Below are positions 62,885 to 64,000 of a stretch of 64,000 bases of DNA, one piece after another. The notes under the pieces were generated by a model. The model worked only from the letters and a program-made list of their open reading frames with translations. It did not search any database and was not told the DNA's origin. The position numbers were made by a program, and so were the translations under genes. Origin of the DNA: Chiloscyllium plagiosum (lineage: Eukaryota); the NCBI RefSeq assembly GCF_004010195.1, contig NC_057728.1, forward strand, positions 52,344,401-52,408,400, given 5' to 3'. The first letter of the stretch is position 1. Each line of letters opens with the position of its first letter.

Positions 62885-64000
62885 TAGAACACTGAACAGT
62901 ACAGCACAGGAACAAGGCCTTTAGCCCATCATTTCTGTGCCAACCATGATGCCATTCTAAACTAATCCCATCTGCCTGCACATGGTCCATATCACGCTAT
63001 TCCTTGGCTGTTCACGTCTCTGCCTAAATGCCTGTTAAACTTTGCTAATGTGTCTGCTTACGTCATCCCCCCTGGCAGCGCGTTCCAGGCATCTGGCAAT
63101 GTCTGTTTACCAACATTTACCTCACACAACTTCTTTAAACTTTTCCCTTCTCGCCTTAAACCTATGCTCCTGAGTATTTAACATTTCTGCCCTGGAATAA
63201 CGACTGTGACTATTCGCCCTACCCATGCCTCTTGTAATTATATGGACTTGTATCATGTCGTCCCACAGTCTCCAACACTCTAGTGAAAATAGTCCAGGTT
63301 TGTCCAATCTCTCCTTAAAGTTAATACAATCCAGGCGACGTCCTGGTAAACCTCTTTTGCACCTTCTCCAAACCCTCCACATCCTTCCAGTAGTGTAGCA
63401 GCTGGAACTGCACCCAGTATTCCAAATGAGGCCTAACTAAATTTTTGTACATATGCAACATGACTAGCCTTGACCGATGAAGGGAAGCATGCCATACACC
63501 TTCTTTAACACATTATCCACTTGTGTTGCCATTTTCACACAGCTATAGACTTGCGACCCAAGATCCCTCTATGTCAATACTCCTAAGGATCCTGCCATTC
63601 ACTGTATACTTTCCTCTTGCATTTGAGTTAGAACGTAGAACATTACAGCACAGTACAGGCCCTTTGGCCCTCGATGTTGTGCTGTCCTGTGAAACCAATC
63701 CAAAGCCCATCCAACCCACACTATTCCATTCTCGTCCATATGCCTATCCAATGACCACTTAAATGTCCGTAGAGTTGGCGAGTCTACAACTGTGGCAGGC
63801 AGTGCTTTCCACGCCCCTACTACCCTCTGAATAAAGAAGCTACCTCTGACATCTGTCCTATATCTATCACCCCTCAATTTGAAGCTACGCTTCCTCGTGC
63901 TAGCCATTGCCATCCGTGGAAAAAGGCTCTCATTGTCCACCCGATCTAACTCTCTGATTATCTTGTCTGACTCAACAAGTCACCTCTCAATCTTCTTCTC
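62885..64000 (-). mobile_element. Two CR1 3' fragments: older 62885-63625, younger 63628 to window end
   Basis: LFSLECWRLWDDMIQV; ESLFPRMAMASTRKRSFKLRGDRYRTDVRGSFFIQRVV. Confidence 0.85.

Overview
Vertebrate genomic DNA from a cartilaginous fish (HE1/V-SINE, Deu-SINE, CR1 and Penelope repeats point to a shark, probably orectolobiform; this is an inference). Two 500-N gaps split it. Most of the window (10.2-62.7 kb, + strand) is the middle-to-3' part of CEP290. Exons equivalent to human exons 26-39 and 41-45 (numbering from memory) have matching phases and mostly identical lengths. Exon 40 is not visible and probably lies in the second gap. An extra in-frame 621-bp acidic exon sits between exons 44 and 45. 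The first contig (1-7808) carries CEP290 exon 49 on the opposite strand, so it is probably misplaced or inverted. Next to that exon is the 5' half of an endogenous retrovirus-like element: an LTR, a ~68-bp tandem array where the PBS/leader should be, a very long gag (PPPY and PTAP late domains, two CCHC knuckles), a TGA-CGG junction and an aspartic protease. The introns hold many TEs, including a Penelope element with an inverted pseudo-LTR and many short, TSD-flanked, often palindromic insertions that carry minimal hammerhead-ribozyme motifs.
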